A stretch of DNA of 64,000 nucleotides from Amphiscolops sp. MND2022 (GCA_964187785.1 OZ076409.1:68698001-68762000), one strand, 5' to 3'; positions 27,789-42,800 are shown, counted from the first letter of the stretch. The notes: a model not told the origin generated them from the letters alone. A program made the numbers and translations.

Positions 27789-27848
27789 CGGGTTGGACTT
27801 GAGTATCTGCCTTGTTTGATTCTTCTCAAGTCCTGTTCAACTCGTTCC
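27789..27848 (-). CDS. CEP135: CEP135 exon (ERVEQDLRRIKQGRYSSPT)
   Basis: AG/GT boundaries; phase-compatible with the upstream exon. Confidence 0.75.
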
Positions 27849-30800
27849 CTGTGAATGAAAGTAAAGGCTGATTATGCAAAAATAATCGATTTTCAGAAAA
27901 AATAGGTCTTCATTGCTCTTTGACTGCTCTTACCTCTCGAACCTTTCGTTGGTCAATTGTCGTCGGCACCTTTCCAGCTCAGCCTCGCATGTTCCCAACC
28001 GGGTCTTGAAACTTTGAATTTCTCGTTGCAACGAGCCGCTAAAAGTAAAATTCTTATTAACCAATAACAGTAAGATTTACATAGAGAAAATTAGACGCAT
28101 TGCAAGTTGAGTTCTCAAAAATTTAAGGTTCTCTAATCGAACTTATACATCCATTATGACATTGCAACTAAATGAGTTACTTGAGAATTAGGAGGACTTG
28201 AAATTTTGTTTGATTGGATGTTGAAGAGGTAACCTTTTGTTTTCTGACAGAGACAGACGTTCCTTGTAAAGCTGAAGTTCCGTTTCCTTTTCCTGAGACG
28301 AGAGTTGTGATGCGAACTCCTTCTCCCTATTGGCCGTCAGCAGGTCTTCCAGGTTCTTGATCGTTTGGCTCTCAGACTCGCACTGCTTCTTAAGCAGTTC
28401 CACTTCCTGTCTGCAGTCTTCAAGCTGGTTCATCAGCTGAAAACATAACACCCACATTCTTTCACATATCAATAACACATTTGACAATCAAACAACAATC
28501 GAATATAGTCTTACAAGCTACATCCTATAGCTGTGATAAGCAAATGGTAGTAACGTATAATCTACAGAACGTCGCGAGCCTTGAATATGGAGAAAGCGGA
28601 CTTTGGTATGAGCCTATTTTTATGAGCCCTTGCAGAACACTTTTTTCCTGGAAATCAGTGCTCAACGTTTTGGCTGTGTTGCAAAATATGGTTTTGACTT
28701 CGCTAGTTGTTTTCTCTAATCGCTGAACCGCTAATTTCGAATTCGTTATTTCGCTGAAATTTTTTCTTCAAACTATTCAATGTTTGACTTCTTATTGATA
28801 ATTTCAAGTAAAAGATATTTCTTGCATAATTTAGTTTTTGCAAAAGACTGGAACCTTTCATACCGTGTGGGTTTCACAAAGGTATTTTGTTGGAATTTTT
28901 CGAAATTCATTTTGAAACCACGTGTATACTCAGGAAATGTTGATTTTGGACATGCTATTAGTTGCCGCTAATTTGAATGACTGAGAAAATTCCATTGCCG
29001 CCGCTAATTCCCTAAATCGCTAATTAGCAGTATCAAAACTCTGATATGCGATACATGTGATCAATTTTCTTATGAAAGGAGATAATGCCTGAACATCACC
29101 TGATCGGCTTCGATGTTCTTCTGGGCCAGTTTCCTCTGCAAGGAGTCTTTGGTGGAGTCCAACTTGACACACAGTTCCCTCACAGCTGCCAGATCACTGA
29201 GCACGGCATCCTTGTCATGCTGCAGAGACTTAATCTGGTTCTCCAGACTGCCCATCGTCGTACTCTGCTTGGACAGCTGCGACTCGTACTGCATTGTGCT
29301 TTCTTGGTACTAGAAAACAACCCACGTTACCAGTTCACATTCGTGAAACCAACGCTCGGAAAAATGTTTGATACTTCAATTGGTTTCGCAACTGTTTTTT
29401 GAAGAAAATGACAACATGTCAGTGTCCAAAAAATATCCGAAGGAAGATCCTTTGGGGTCAAAGAGCATTTATCTGACTGATAAATCAAACAAAGTGAAAA
29501 CCCTCCTGAGGAAAAACTTCCAGCAAAAATTTGAAGAAGAAAGGGAGCCCTTTAGACAAAGAGCTACTTCCCAACTGGAAACATCCAAAAGAATGAAATC
29601 ACACAGGTCGATCGGATTGAAAACAAAAAAACAAGGTAAATCGACGAAAAGCCAATATAATAGTCGCGTTTTATTTTATAAAGCGCCGATTCAAAACGCT
29701 ATTTCGAATACACACAGCTCTTGAAAATAAGAAAGTAGATGGGAAATTAAAAGGTTTCTTGAAACCTTACAGGTGATTCTAAGAATAATCCAAAGTAGTT
29801 AATGTGATCTTAATCAATTTCTTTCCAATGAAAACTTAACAACTCATTGGACGTTCAATATCAAGAGCTGTTCATGCAAACCGAGGTCATAGTGAATTAC
29901 ACACACCAACGAAGAGCTCTCTAAAACAATTCACTTAAAACTCCACAGTTGTAAGAGATCATCAGAAACTCACCTCCTTGATTTCTCGATCCATCTCCCG
30001 GATTCTATCTTCGAGCCTTCTAATCTCTCCTTCCTTCGAAACTATCTCTAATCTAGCAGAAGAGAGTTCAGTCTGGTATGTCTGGGAGTCGTTCTCGTGT
30101 CTGGAGCTCTCGGTCTGGGCTTGTCTGTAAGAACTCAACAGATGGTTCTTTTCTTGTTCCTGGGCCGCGATTACGTCTTCTTGTCGCTGCAACTCCTTGT
30201 GACAGGCCATAAGTTTACCCTTCAGCTCATCACGTTCTTCTTCTGTCCGGGTCAATTGTTGCGACAAGGACTGAAAATGTAAATCTTCGTTTGTTAATAT
30301 GACTGAAGCGTCCGATGGTATAGTGAGTCATCAAATTACGATGTTGAGTACTGAAGAGATGAAATCCTGAGATGAATTGTTTCAACCTCTGCCATATTTT
30401 TTTTCGACTAATATAGAGAGAATCAATTTATCACTGCAAGCATAGAGCGAACTACACAATCAGTGTTCAGGTAAAAAGGGGTGTAAGAAAAAAGTGGAAC
30501 AAAGTGCACAAAATCATGAAAGTTGAATGTTTCAGAAGTTTACATCTGATACACCATCAATGACTCATTAGTTTTTCGCATAGTTAATATTAATCACTCC
30601 ATGCTAAAACGCTCGAAAATTACACCTTGAGCTATGGGCAAACAAATGAAGATACATTATTCAGTTTTTAACTGACTCAAGACTAAGTTCATTTATATTG
30701 ACGATAGATGATGCATAACATTCACAACTACGATCACTCCAAACTCTGCGTTGAGACACTGAGATGACCCTTCATGAATAGGTTGAAATCCAAACCTTAC

Positions 30801-33800
30801 CCAATATTTGCGATAGCGTGGCATTTCAAGCATGCTCTGTAAAATGAGAAGTAAAAAACTCACTCTCAAAAAGACAAGCCACATGATAATCAGAATAAAG
30901 GAAAGAAGAAAGTGGGCAAAATGACAAACAAAATGGGAACCTTCAAACGTCAAAACCAGATGATAAAATATACAAACATAGACACTTAGTCACTCGAATG
31001 AAGAGTTGGGCTCCATGAATAGCATTGCGAAACACGCGTAAAAACCAAGACTAATTGTTCAAAAAACTACATGTTTTGAGTTATGGGGCTTAAAAAGGTA
31101 CGTTCTAGAACATTTCTGGTACCTTTACCTTTAATTTTAAAAAGTGTTTTTGAGGATTTCAGATTGATGAACTTTCAGCAATATTTAATAAGATTCGATA
31201 AACCCTATCAGAAGCTTCGAATTTTTCAACAAGTGTGGTTTTACCTGGCACTCTCTGGTCATTTCTCCCAGGTCTTCTTGGAGTCTCTTGATCTCGATGG
31301 TGGCCGAATCCTTCAGTCTGGAGATCTCTTCCACCTCATAAGTCTTCGAGTCAAGTTGGCGTCTGAGAGATTTGATCTCCCGTTCTCTAGCTGCGATTGC
31401 GTCATTGAGGTTCAAAATCTGCTGCTCGTTGTCACCCACTTCAGCGTTCAGGGAGTTGATTTGATGCGCCTAACAAAACGAAGTTCATAAAATGTTTATA
31501 TTGAAAATACTGATTGACACCTATCTAATTCTTCAGATATTCTATTAATACCACTTATGGACAAACAATTAATACCAATAAACTTGGAAGAACCCAAGTC
31601 AGCTTTCACTCAACGATATCCTTAAGTTCAATGCATTTGAAACAAAAGTGGTTTCTTGTTTTTTTTTCGCAATAAGAATTTATGATGCGTCCTAAAAAGC
31701 GCAAAAGGGCTCATTTATGTTGAAAATTCGACATCAAATGGGTTCTCCCCCGTCGATACCGAAAACTTTATTCAACAAAATTTACCTTATTATCGAGGTC
31801 AGAATTGAGAGAAGCAATCTTCTCCACTTTGAGGTCCAGTTCGCACTGCAGAGCATCCTTCTCGTGGTCCAGGCTGGCAATGATGCCCTTCAGTCTCTGC
31901 ACCTCCTCTTTCTCCTTCTTCAACTGAGCGCGAGTAGAGTGCAGGTCGATCTCCAACTTGGCTCTAGCATCCTCACATATGCCCAGTTCTTGGTTCCTCT
32001 TGTCTAATTTGTACCTCGTTTCTTGCAGACTCTTTTCTGTTTGTTCGACGAGCATCCTGCGATTAGAGAAAAACTATCCACACCCAACCTTCAACTGTTT
32101 TGAGATCGAAAAACATTAGTGTGCTTCTTCAAAACACAATTACTCTAAAATTAACGCTCTTTTAAAAAAGAGGGTTTCTCCGTCATACTATTTCCTTTCT
32201 TTTCAAACTAATTTATGTACCTTCTCATTTTCTATTGATTTCATTTTGGGGTATCTACAAATGGGTAGAAAGTGACGATTGCGATTACTGACAAAATTAC
32301 CATTTTACTTACACCAACATTGAAAATTATGCGCACTAATTCAACTAATTCACACTGTTGTGCATAAAACAAGCACATAACTTTACCTCAACTGATTGGA
32401 TTCTCCCTTGAACTCGTGAGCTTCGTCCTCGACGCCCCTGATTTTGAGGCTCTGTGAGTTGACCTGGTCTTCGAGACTGGCCACCATCTCTCTAAGAGAC
32501 GCCACTCTTCTCATCAGCTCATCTCGCTCCGCCTCCACTGGACGCAGTCTCTGGTACAGCTCCTCGACCTTCAACCAACAACACGGTACATAATCGCCAC
32601 TATCAACAGAAATGTTTGAAGAAGGCATTTTCGAACATCTATTCTCTCTAAACCTCTCAATTTGACTCCCTTATTTGCTATAAAACGTCTAATCTTCAAA
32701 TTAGCGAATCGTGTTATTTTAGAGGTGCTCCACGGAAAGTAGAGACCTTGGTTTTGTTTTCGAATAGAAAAATTGAAAATTTTTAATTTAGGGCCTTTTT
32801 GTGCACCATCTTGAAATAGGAAACTAAGAAAATTCATCAAACTGAGATACTAATTGACTAAACCTGAATATTCAAATAACTGAATTATTCATATTGTTAC
32901 TAAAAACTGTCCAGATCCTCTGGCAATAGGTAAATTCATTGGACAAGAATTTACAATAAAGTTGCGAAAGTCGGCATGTTCGAAGTTGTAATTAACAAGA
33001 GTTCCAAGGTTTCGTGATTCCGGAGATAGGCAAAGATAGACTCACTGACTTACATGTACCTGATGGCGGCTATGTTGCTGGAAAAATTGATTTTGAAATT
33101 GACGTGAATCAGCTAACAGTTCAATGATTCTGTTTACCTGCAGTTTTTCTTACTTCTTACCCAAAGGCGATCTCAAACTAGAACTTCGCAGGCGCACTTC
33201 ATATATCGAATCTGGCCCATACTGGCAATGTCGAAACGTATAAGTAGAGTTAATTTACAAATCCCGTTCTTGAAAATAGTAAGAGCCCTCGCAATTTCCT
33301 CAAATTATTCGATTAGACCTCCCCTTTAATTATGGGTAAATAGGCGCACCCATAATTTTGCTGCATAATGTTGCCATGAAAGGGTTATCATGAGTATTTA
33401 CCTCACTCTCCAATCGTGCTTTGTTGCTCACGTGACAAGACTGCTCATTGGCCAATTTGTCTCTCAGAGCATCTCGCTCGGCCGCTGTTCGTCTCAGCTC
33501 GGCCAATGCGTCATCGCGCTCGTTCTCGATTCTCTGAAAAAATTAAATCATTGTTTCATTCGAACAGGAGCTGTATTGAAACTTTCGAATTCGTCTTCTA
33601 AAAGCGTACTGGATAGCTAGTTCTTTCGTCGTTGAACTCTTTGGATACTGTAACCCACGAAAATATTCAAAAACTGTACAAAAATTGCAAAGTAAAGGTC
33701 AAAATTGAAAATATTTTTTTTACTATTCTGGGGTCATTTCTATAAAAAGTTCAAATATCTTCATACAAATAAGCTCCTACGAAACACGAGACACTAAATT

Positions 33801-36800
33801 TATGGTAGTTGAATTCTGCGGAACAACCTCCAAAATTTGGGTATAAAATTGGAATATGGGCAAACTTTGTTTTAAAAAAACCCGGCTCAGTTAGTATTCC
33901 TTTTCCATATGAATAATGAGATTTTGTAAATGAAATCGCGAGTTTACTATAGTCCCTGGTTTTAGAACGACGACCGCTAAGCACCGGGATATTTTCCACC
34001 TTCTTCGCCTTCACCAACTGAGCCATAGTTATTTTGGGAGGGGAAATAGGATTTAAAGTAAATTTATAAGATTGAGTGATTTTAGATCTTATTCCCTTTA
34101 GATATTATTCCCGTCCTGAAATTTTAGATCTTATTTCCTTTAGATCTTATTCCCATTTTTGACTTCAGATATTATTCCCCCCTCTAAGCTCTTTTAGTTA
34201 TTTGACTATTTTAGTTACTACTAACTAAAATAGTCAAGTAACTTATAGGTGAGGTCGAAGAAACTGGAAAATTTGGAAAAAAAACGCAACACAGATTATG
34301 ATTTTCCTACCCCATTATATGTGGGCGGAAAAGAACAGTGCCTAGTATCCCAGTGCTTCTCTGGTTTCCTAACAGAAAACTAAATACATGGCAGTGTCAC
34401 TGCATCCTTTGCTCTATCGTTTCTCAATTAATTTCTTCTCAATTAACCTGTAGAATAGCCTGTGCAGCCTGCGAGGCCTTAGCATTCTTGGGACTCTTCA
34501 TCAGCTCACGTCTGAGTCTCTGAGCCTCGTCATTGGCTTGTTCGTAGAGACTGCGAGTCTTCTCGTTCTCCTGGGTGAGGATCTTCACATTGGTCTTGAT
34601 CTCACTCATGTGCCGCTCACACTTGTCCAACATGGCCTGCAGCTCCTTGTTCTCCCGCGTAAGTCGCCTCACTTCCACGTCTGTCGACATCTGAAGCAAC
34701 ATTTCAAATCGATTCACCTACATCAAAACAACTGAGACTGCAGGCACAAAGAAAACAAGGCGTCCGCTGAGCCGAATTATCTTAGGAGGCGAATTTTCGA
34801 GGCTCAATGATAACCAATGGACGTATGCCAATTAACCTTAAGTTGGCCAGGAAAAATCTGGTTCCATCCAAAAATCGGGTGCTTCAACTTTAAACCGCAA
34901 TATCTCCTGAACTATTCAAGTCCGACAAACGATTTATTGTCTTTAAAGTGATTCGCCGCACTGGCTCCGAACTTTGCGCCAAAACTTTGCACGCGTCGTG
35001 TCTCTGCTTGCTTTTCAGCATGTTTCAAAACATGCTGGGGCCGCTTTGACCCAATGTTGATACCAGTGGGATAAAAGGGGCACAAACGAAAACTGGGAAA
35101 ACGGAAAATCTGCACTTATTTTTCTTTTAATTTTTTCGCCTCATTTTCTGGATTTTGGAGACATCACGTCAATTTTCCGTGAAAAGGCGCCGAATGCTAT
35201 GCAATATTGTCTGAAACTCTAATTAAAGGGTTTGCTTTACCATACAATCAGCTGGTGCGTTAAGAATTTGCAGAAACTAAATGTGCCAAATTTGGCACAT
35301 TGGCCAAGTTAAGGTTAAAAGTTTGAAAAATCTGCGGCTTTTTGGTTACTTTCAGACACTTTTTGAAAATTTCCCTAATTCTGTTAAGTAGCTAATTGTT
35401 AGTCATCAAACTCTGTGGATATCCATACACACGGAAACACTATCAAAAATGAAATAAATGCATGAAACGGTAAAAAATAAAAACTAGGGCATTTCCACCT
35501 CTTTTCGGGGCACTTTAGAGTTCAGGCACTTTTATTCGGAAAGTTAAAGTATCTCCATAAATATAAATGCTGCAAACCTAACTTTTTTCGCTGTTAAATT
35601 TCGTGGAAGAATCTTTTGAGTTTAAAATTGAAACAAAGCAAAATTTGAAAAACGCGAGATTGATTTTTCTTTCCGCGTGAAGTATGGGTGGAAAAAATAA
35701 GGCGGGTCAGAATCCAATTAGCATTTTAAAAATGGACGAGAATTCAGTGTTTTTAGCAGCTCATGAGGCAATTAAAATAAATTGGATCAGCCTTTTGTTC
35801 ATAAACTTATTTATTTAGTGTTCAAATTAGTATTCAAAAACTTAATGAGTCTGTCAACTATTGACAAAAAACTTTCTGGTAAATATTTGTTCATAAACTT
35901 ATTTATTTAGTGTTCAAATTAGTATTCAAAAACTTAATGAGTCTGTCAACTATTGACAAAAAACTTTCTGGTAAATATATGAACTGAAAGTCTCAGGAAA
36001 TTTTTCAAATTGGATATATCCCACATCCATTAAATCTTCTTCCCTCGCAGAATCAGGTTGGCTTTTTCAATTTTAAAAATGAATAAGGACCGCGCTCTAC
36101 AAAACCAGATTTGTTAGCAATAAGTGATGATTGCACATTATTTAGCGAGAGGGCCAGCCCAAAAATGAGTCTTGGAAGTGGCGTCATCGCGCTTCAAGCT
36201 GCAGAGGCTCCTTGCAGTGTCAATAACGGTCCAGTAAAATTAAATAGGAACAAGACGAGAAGGTTTAAAGTCGGCGCAATATCTAAGGCCCAAAAAGCGC
36301 AGCTTTTAAATCTGTTAAAACGGGAACCCTTCGGGCTTTTTGAAAATCCAGTTTGTTGAAAAATATCAAAAAAATTGAAGGGGGACCCTTTGAAGGCAAA
36401 AAAAAATCGAAAAGTCGCAGTGCCGAAAAAAATTGCTCGAAAAAGTTTCTGGCTAAAGCAAGGACTCGAACCCGTGACCACTGGGTTCACCGTACACTGA
36501 GTAAAGACTGTACTGACGAGTACACGTGAACGAGTGAAGTCTGTAAAAAGTGGTACATACACGATGAGGTCTGTGGTCTGACGAAAAAAAAAGAAACAAG
36601 ACGGGAACGTCTAAAGTCGGCGCTATATCTAAGGCTCAAGAAGCGCAAAGTTTTCTAAATATGCTCAGGACGTATTCATGAAAAGCTTTGAAAACACTTT
36701 CGAGACACCCAAAGTGTGCCTTTCATGCTCGATATGACTGGAAAATCACTGTTTCCCGACTGGGAGCAAAATAAAATTTGAAAATCCTTTGGGATTCATT

Positions 36801-39800
36801 AACATACATTCTGTTGCAAAATATCAAAAAACTCGAAGGGGGGACTCTTTTGAGACCTTAAAAAATTTTCGAAAAAAAAATTCGCAGTGCCGAAAAAAAA
36901 ATTGAAAGGGGGGACCTTTGGTCTCTTCCGGTTTTGTAGGTTACGTAAAAAAGGTTAAAAATGATAGGGGGGACCCTTTGCACAAAGTTTCCATTGGCCT
37001 GACTTGGCCTGAGTAGTCTTATCAGTTTTTGTAAAAAGTGGTACATACGCGATGAGCTCTGTGGTCTGACGAAAAAGAAGAAAAAAAAACTAGCCACTGT
37101 TAATAGTCGGGCTTTTTTCCTTAAAGGAAAAGGCGCCGACTAAAAACAAGACGCGAACGTCTAAGGTCGGCGCTATATCTAAGGCTCAAAAAGCGCAAAA
37201 CATTTTTGAAAACTTGAAATTTTTTGATTTTTTTCTTCCAGAAAATGTCGCATAGTGCCGAAAAATATAAAAGGGGGGCCCTTTGGGCTTTATTAACATA
37301 TATTCTGTTGCAAAATATCAAAAAACTCGAAAGGGGTTTTTTGAGACATTAAAAAATTTTCGAAAGAAGTCGCACAATACCGAAAAAAAGGGGACCCTTT
37401 AGTCTCGTCCGGTTTTGTAGGTTACGTTAAGAAAGTAAAAAATGAAAGGGGGGACCCTTTTGCACTAATTTCCGCTGACCGAACTTGGCCTTATGGTAGT
37501 AGTTTTAGTAGTTTCGATTGTAAGAAAAGTGGCCCAATCAGAGTGAGATTGTAGTCTGACGAAAAAAAACTAGCCACTGTAAGAGTCGGGCACTTTTCAC
37601 TAGAAAAGCGCCGACTAAAAAACACCAAAGGGGAATTTTGTGCTAAAAACGATCATCATTTAAAAATATATAAAAAAAACAAATGGCGGGCCTTTTTGGA
37701 AAAAAGGCCCCTGCGGGGCGCATAGTATTGTTTCTGCTTTTAGGCTTTCATGTTCAATAATAGGATAGAATCAATAGGATCTGGAATAACTATACACTCC
37801 TGCTAAATCATTATAAATCGCACCACAGAATTAAAGGCCGTGTAAACTGGTACAGTGATTACTGGCATTATTCACTGTACCAGTTTACACGGCCTTTAAT
37901 TCTTCGCGGACTAAAGAAAGTATAACTACTAAGCGTGGACGAAGTTTCGCATTAGCATTTCAATGCAGGCGAAGCTTTCGGCGAATGGATAATTAACACT
38001 CATTCGCTTCAGATCATGAGCTCGGCGTACGAATAATTAGGACTCGTTCGCTTCATCTCAATGACTCGGCATACGAAAGCATAATTACGAATACTCGTTC
38101 GCTTCATCTCAATAAAATCGGCGTACGAAGGCATAATTAACACTCGCTCGTTTCATCGCACGAGAAATGAATTGTAGATGGAACTGCCGAACGAAGTATC
38201 TGAGTTTTCAGTAGGTACTCGGATCACGGACAGAAGTCGGCTGAAAAAAAGTTGCTTTCAGATTTCTATATTATTCCTACTATCGCAGAAATAATAAAAA
38301 TTAAAAATTTCCCGGTAAAACGACGCACAGAAAATAACATATTAGGTTTCGAATAAGTATGTGAAAATATCCGAATAAGTATGTGAAAATAGGATTGAAA
38401 AGGACCCTTCCGTAGAAATCAAGATATTTTGGCATTCGGCATCAAAATGGTCACTTCGACCAGATTGAAAAAAAAACACGACGAAAAGTCACAACAATAC
38501 AGTACAGTGAAGAAATTATCCCCTAAACACTGAGCATCGTTATCAACCAATTAGAAATGTTTATTTTCTGACTGACACTTTCAATTTTGATTGGCGAATC
38601 AAGTGAAATCTCAGGCTCAGAAGGAACACTTCAGTTATATCCTCCGTTTTGAGCAGGTTTCCAAACTTTATTTCCTACCTTGATACATGTAAATTGAGCA
38701 ATTTTCACCTTTTGAGCCTGATATTTAAAAAACGGTTAATCATTTTTGAAATCCACAATATTCAATGGCTTCAGTAGATTTGGGGGAGTTGTTCTAGTAT
38801 AAAACTTGCCAAAAAACTGTAGGCAAAACTGTAGGTCAAAAATCGGAAGAACGGTGCAGCTGATGTCTTAGTCACAGTACTGTAGTCGCCTTTTATTTCA
38901 TAAGCGCCGACCGAAAACTAGCTGAGTCTCTACAAGGTTTCATTTGGTATAAGTGAGTTAGTTAACCTTTTCGCGCATAGGCGATCTGTTCCTGCCCTGC
39001 TCCTTCTCTGGCACATCGCTGCTCAGTTTAATCCTCTCGAACTCCCTCTTGTAGTGGTCTCGCTCGTCTTCCAGGGCTCTCACCACACTTTCCAGTTGGA
39101 TCACTTGCTGCAAAAACAACAGCCATGTATGCAAATATCAAACTTGACAGGATGTTGTTGTTCTTAATTAAGCTTAAGTTGGCCAGGAAAAATCTTGTTC
39201 CATCCAAAAATCGAGTGCTTCAACTTTAAACCGCAATATCTCCTGAACTATTCAAATCCGAAAAACGATTTATACAGCGTTCGAAAGAGGAGCATCGGGG
39301 CTTTCAAATCAATTAAACTGCTGGGCTGGGGGCCCGCTTCGCCGCACTGGCTCCGAACTTTGCGCCAAAACTTTGCACGCGTTGTGTCTCTGCTTGCTTT
39401 TCTGCATGCTTCAAAACATGCTGGGGCCGCTTTGACCCAATGTTGATACCAGTGGGATAAAAGGGGCACAAACGAAAACTGGGAAAACGGAAAATCTGCA
39501 CTTATTTTTCTTTTGAATTTTTAGGTGGCGCTTCATGAAGTGAAACGCGACTATTATAGTGACTCTTTTTTTTTCTATCCACACGAACTGACCAAAATAG
39601 CTCTACAAAAGTTCTACAAAATATTATTGCACCAAAATGCACTATTTGGTCTAGCGAACTGAACCAAAATGGTTTTACCTGTTTTTCCGCGTAACATACC
39701 AAACCGGGCGAGACCAAAGAGTCCCCCCTTTCAATTTTTTTCGGCACTGCGAGACATTTTTTTTCGGAATTTTTTTTCGAAATTTTTTTCCCCAAAGGGT

Positions 39801-42800
39801 CCCCCCTGCATTTTTTTGATGTTTTGCGACAGAATGGATGTTGAAAAACCTCAAAGGGTCCCCCCTTTCAGTTTTTTTCGGCATTGTGAGATTTTTTCCC
39901 GAAAATGAAAAAAAAAATTTTCTTCAATTTTTTCATGTTTTGCGACAGAATGGATGTTGAAAAACCTCAAAGGGTCCCCCCTTTCAGTTTTTCGGCATTG
40001 TGAGACTTTAGCGCGCCACTCGGTCCATTTTTTTAGTATGTAATTTTTTCAAAAAAAAATTTTTCGAAAAATTTTCGATTTTCGAGTACTGTAAAAGAAT
40101 ACTTGACACTTGGAAGTCTTTTTGCTATTTTTGAGCCTTGGATATGGCGCCGACTTGGGCCGGTCCCGGCTTGTTCGTCTCATTTTCTGGATTTTGGAGA
40201 CATCACGTCAATATTCCGTGAAAAGGCGCCGAATGCTATGCAATATCGTCTGAAACCCTTATTAAAGGGTTTGCTTTACCATACAATCAGCTGGTGCGTT
40301 AAGAATTTGCAGAAACTAAATGTGCCAAATTTGGCACATTGGTCAAGTTAAGGTTAATGATGATGAAACGTATCCAGCAGGACAAACGCACTCTATTGCA
40401 AAACTTGCAAGCAAATAGCATTTTAGAGGCTCATTCAAATCTTCAGTTCAAAAAAGACGGAGTACTGAATTCACAAGGTGGTTATGTAGGAATGAGTTTG
40501 AACCCATACTGAAACGGGACAAGGCTGAGTTGTTAATAGAAGCGTGTTTTTATCGCAGCGACTTATAAAGTTTGAAATTCTACCCCCTCAAATGTTTTTT
40601 GACATTATCCATTTTATTACACATTTTTTATTAGAAGGCCCATGTTTCATTAACCAGTCAAACGGTAATGCGAATGATCAAAGTGAATGCCTCTCAAATG
40701 CTTAAAAACCTGTAATACGATGTTGTGAAAAGTAACCTTGGCCTGAGTAGCTTTGGATTTGTTGCGCAAATTAGCGCTCGAGTTCAGATTAGAAGTGCGC
40801 CCCCTAGTGGGGCTATGACGAGTTACTAGATTGGCGGAGGAGACACGATTGCACAGCCTCGTTGTCGAGCGGGGTCTGTTGTTATTGTTCACAGACATCA
40901 ATTATAACCCATTAAATATTAAATATCATCTTATAATTTCATGATCTGATAATGATAACTATCTTAACAATTAGAAGTGAATAAATCAAAATATAACTAT
41001 ATTTAGATAACTAAGTCAGTAATAAATAAAAGCATAAGGAAATAATGAAGAAATTATAAGTTTAAGAATAACAAATTCGGAAATATTTGTCGCTTTTAAT
41101 CGTCATTTCAAAGCAAATTCAAAAACTCTGTTGGCCGTATATACGTAAGTTGTTCCGGAAAAAAAACAAAATCGATCACTTTTCTGTAGAACATACTATC
41201 GTGCAGAACTCCAACCAAAACGTTGAATTAGAAACGTTTAAAATGGTCTATAATGTTCATAGAGTATAATTCATTGCGGTATTTGTAGTACAAAAAACGG
41301 TGACTCATAGTCATAAAGGTGGTGTAATTCCGGCCGTCGCTGCCAGACTTACATTTATGCATTGATTGCGTAGAAAAAGCGGTAGGAACTAAACTGTATA
41401 CATTTTCCCCAAACATTCATTCCACTTTTTGCGCTGGAAAAAGGTATAATCCAACATTGCGACCAAACGAACAATACAGCACTGTACTCGCGCCAGCCAG
41501 TATGCGTTGCATTGTAAAAATGAAATATTACGTAACACTGTATTTACGTTCATTTTACTACAACTTATTTTAAATCATTGGCAGGTGCACTTATATTTTC
41601 CTCCAGTACGTGTCATCTCCCCACCCCTCCCCATTTCAATGCTTCAAAGAGGTACAAATATGAATAGAAGTAGTCAAGATTATGTGCCGACAACAGTACG
41701 TTAGATTTTTGTAAAAAAAACATCAAAAATCAATATTCCAAAATGGTTTTTATTTGATACTGGAGATCAACATACAGGTTTTTATGAAATTGAATGAGAC
41801 AGACAACAGGGAACAATACTCATAATAAAAAGAGGAGAATGCTAAAGCATGATTTCATTTTCAGGGTAAAAAATCATCAGGATAGCGAGTGATCTGTTAT
41901 TACCTGGTCTACATCAACTCTAATTTCCTCGTAAATCACCTAAAAACCAAATCAATCATTTTTCATAAGGCAAAACCAAAAAAGTTAGTTGAACCGAGTC
42001 GCGAAATTTGATCTGCTGCATTTATCAAGTGAAAGTAAGACACGGTCTAGCTCATTCAGCACCGATTGAGAAAGAAGGAACTTTGTAAAGAAAATGGTTC
42101 TAAGATATGTCGAGAGAAGAGACAGCCCTATGAGTATATGCTAGGCTGGCCAATGACATAGTGCAATAGAATCTTGAAGGCAGTAGAAACAATAATTGCT
42201 TAAGCAACTGATTGAGTACAAGCAAACCTTGTCGCTCTTGCTTGAAGAGACTTCTTTGCTTCTCATGGGAGACGCAGATCGGCCGCCTTCCTCCCTCATG
42301 CTCTTCTTCACCAGTTTCTCATTCTCTTTCTTGTAGAAGTCTCGTTCTTGCTCAATCGACTTCAGCATCTGGTTCAACCTGAAAAATAATTTCAATGTAC
42401 ACTACAACACTGCATCAAAAGTTACCATTTTAGGATATTTCGTTCACTGTTTCCAGTTAAGTGCCGTTTTCTTTTAAAATACATGGTCTCTAACGCAGGA
42501 GACTTCGATTTTTTAAACACTTGCGTTGCGTGAAAAGACGATTAAAAGGGAAATGAAAATGGATAAAATCATTTTAATAATAGCAAAGATATGAAGCTGT
42601 CAAATAAACAATTCACTGTCCCATATATCAATTTGAGTTCCAAATTATTTAGTCGAATTATTTAGGATCAAAAAATAATTCCGGAGAAAGTTTCAAACTG
42701 AAACTGGTTTCACTCTTACAGGTCGGCCCTCGTCAAAACCTGCCGCTGGTGAAGTAGTGACACGTCACTCCGGTTCGGCGAGTAGTAATCGAATTCCCGT

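Noticed and set aside
29085..32007. Plus-strand ORFs opposite CEP135 exons
   Set aside because: Antisense shadows of coiled-coil coding exons.
42690..42780. Hammerhead ribozyme (Penelope-type) in the 252-bp repeat
   Set aside because: The reverse strand has ttgacgag...gaaac, but the CUGANGA core and supporting stems are not convincingly present. A covariance-model search would settle it.
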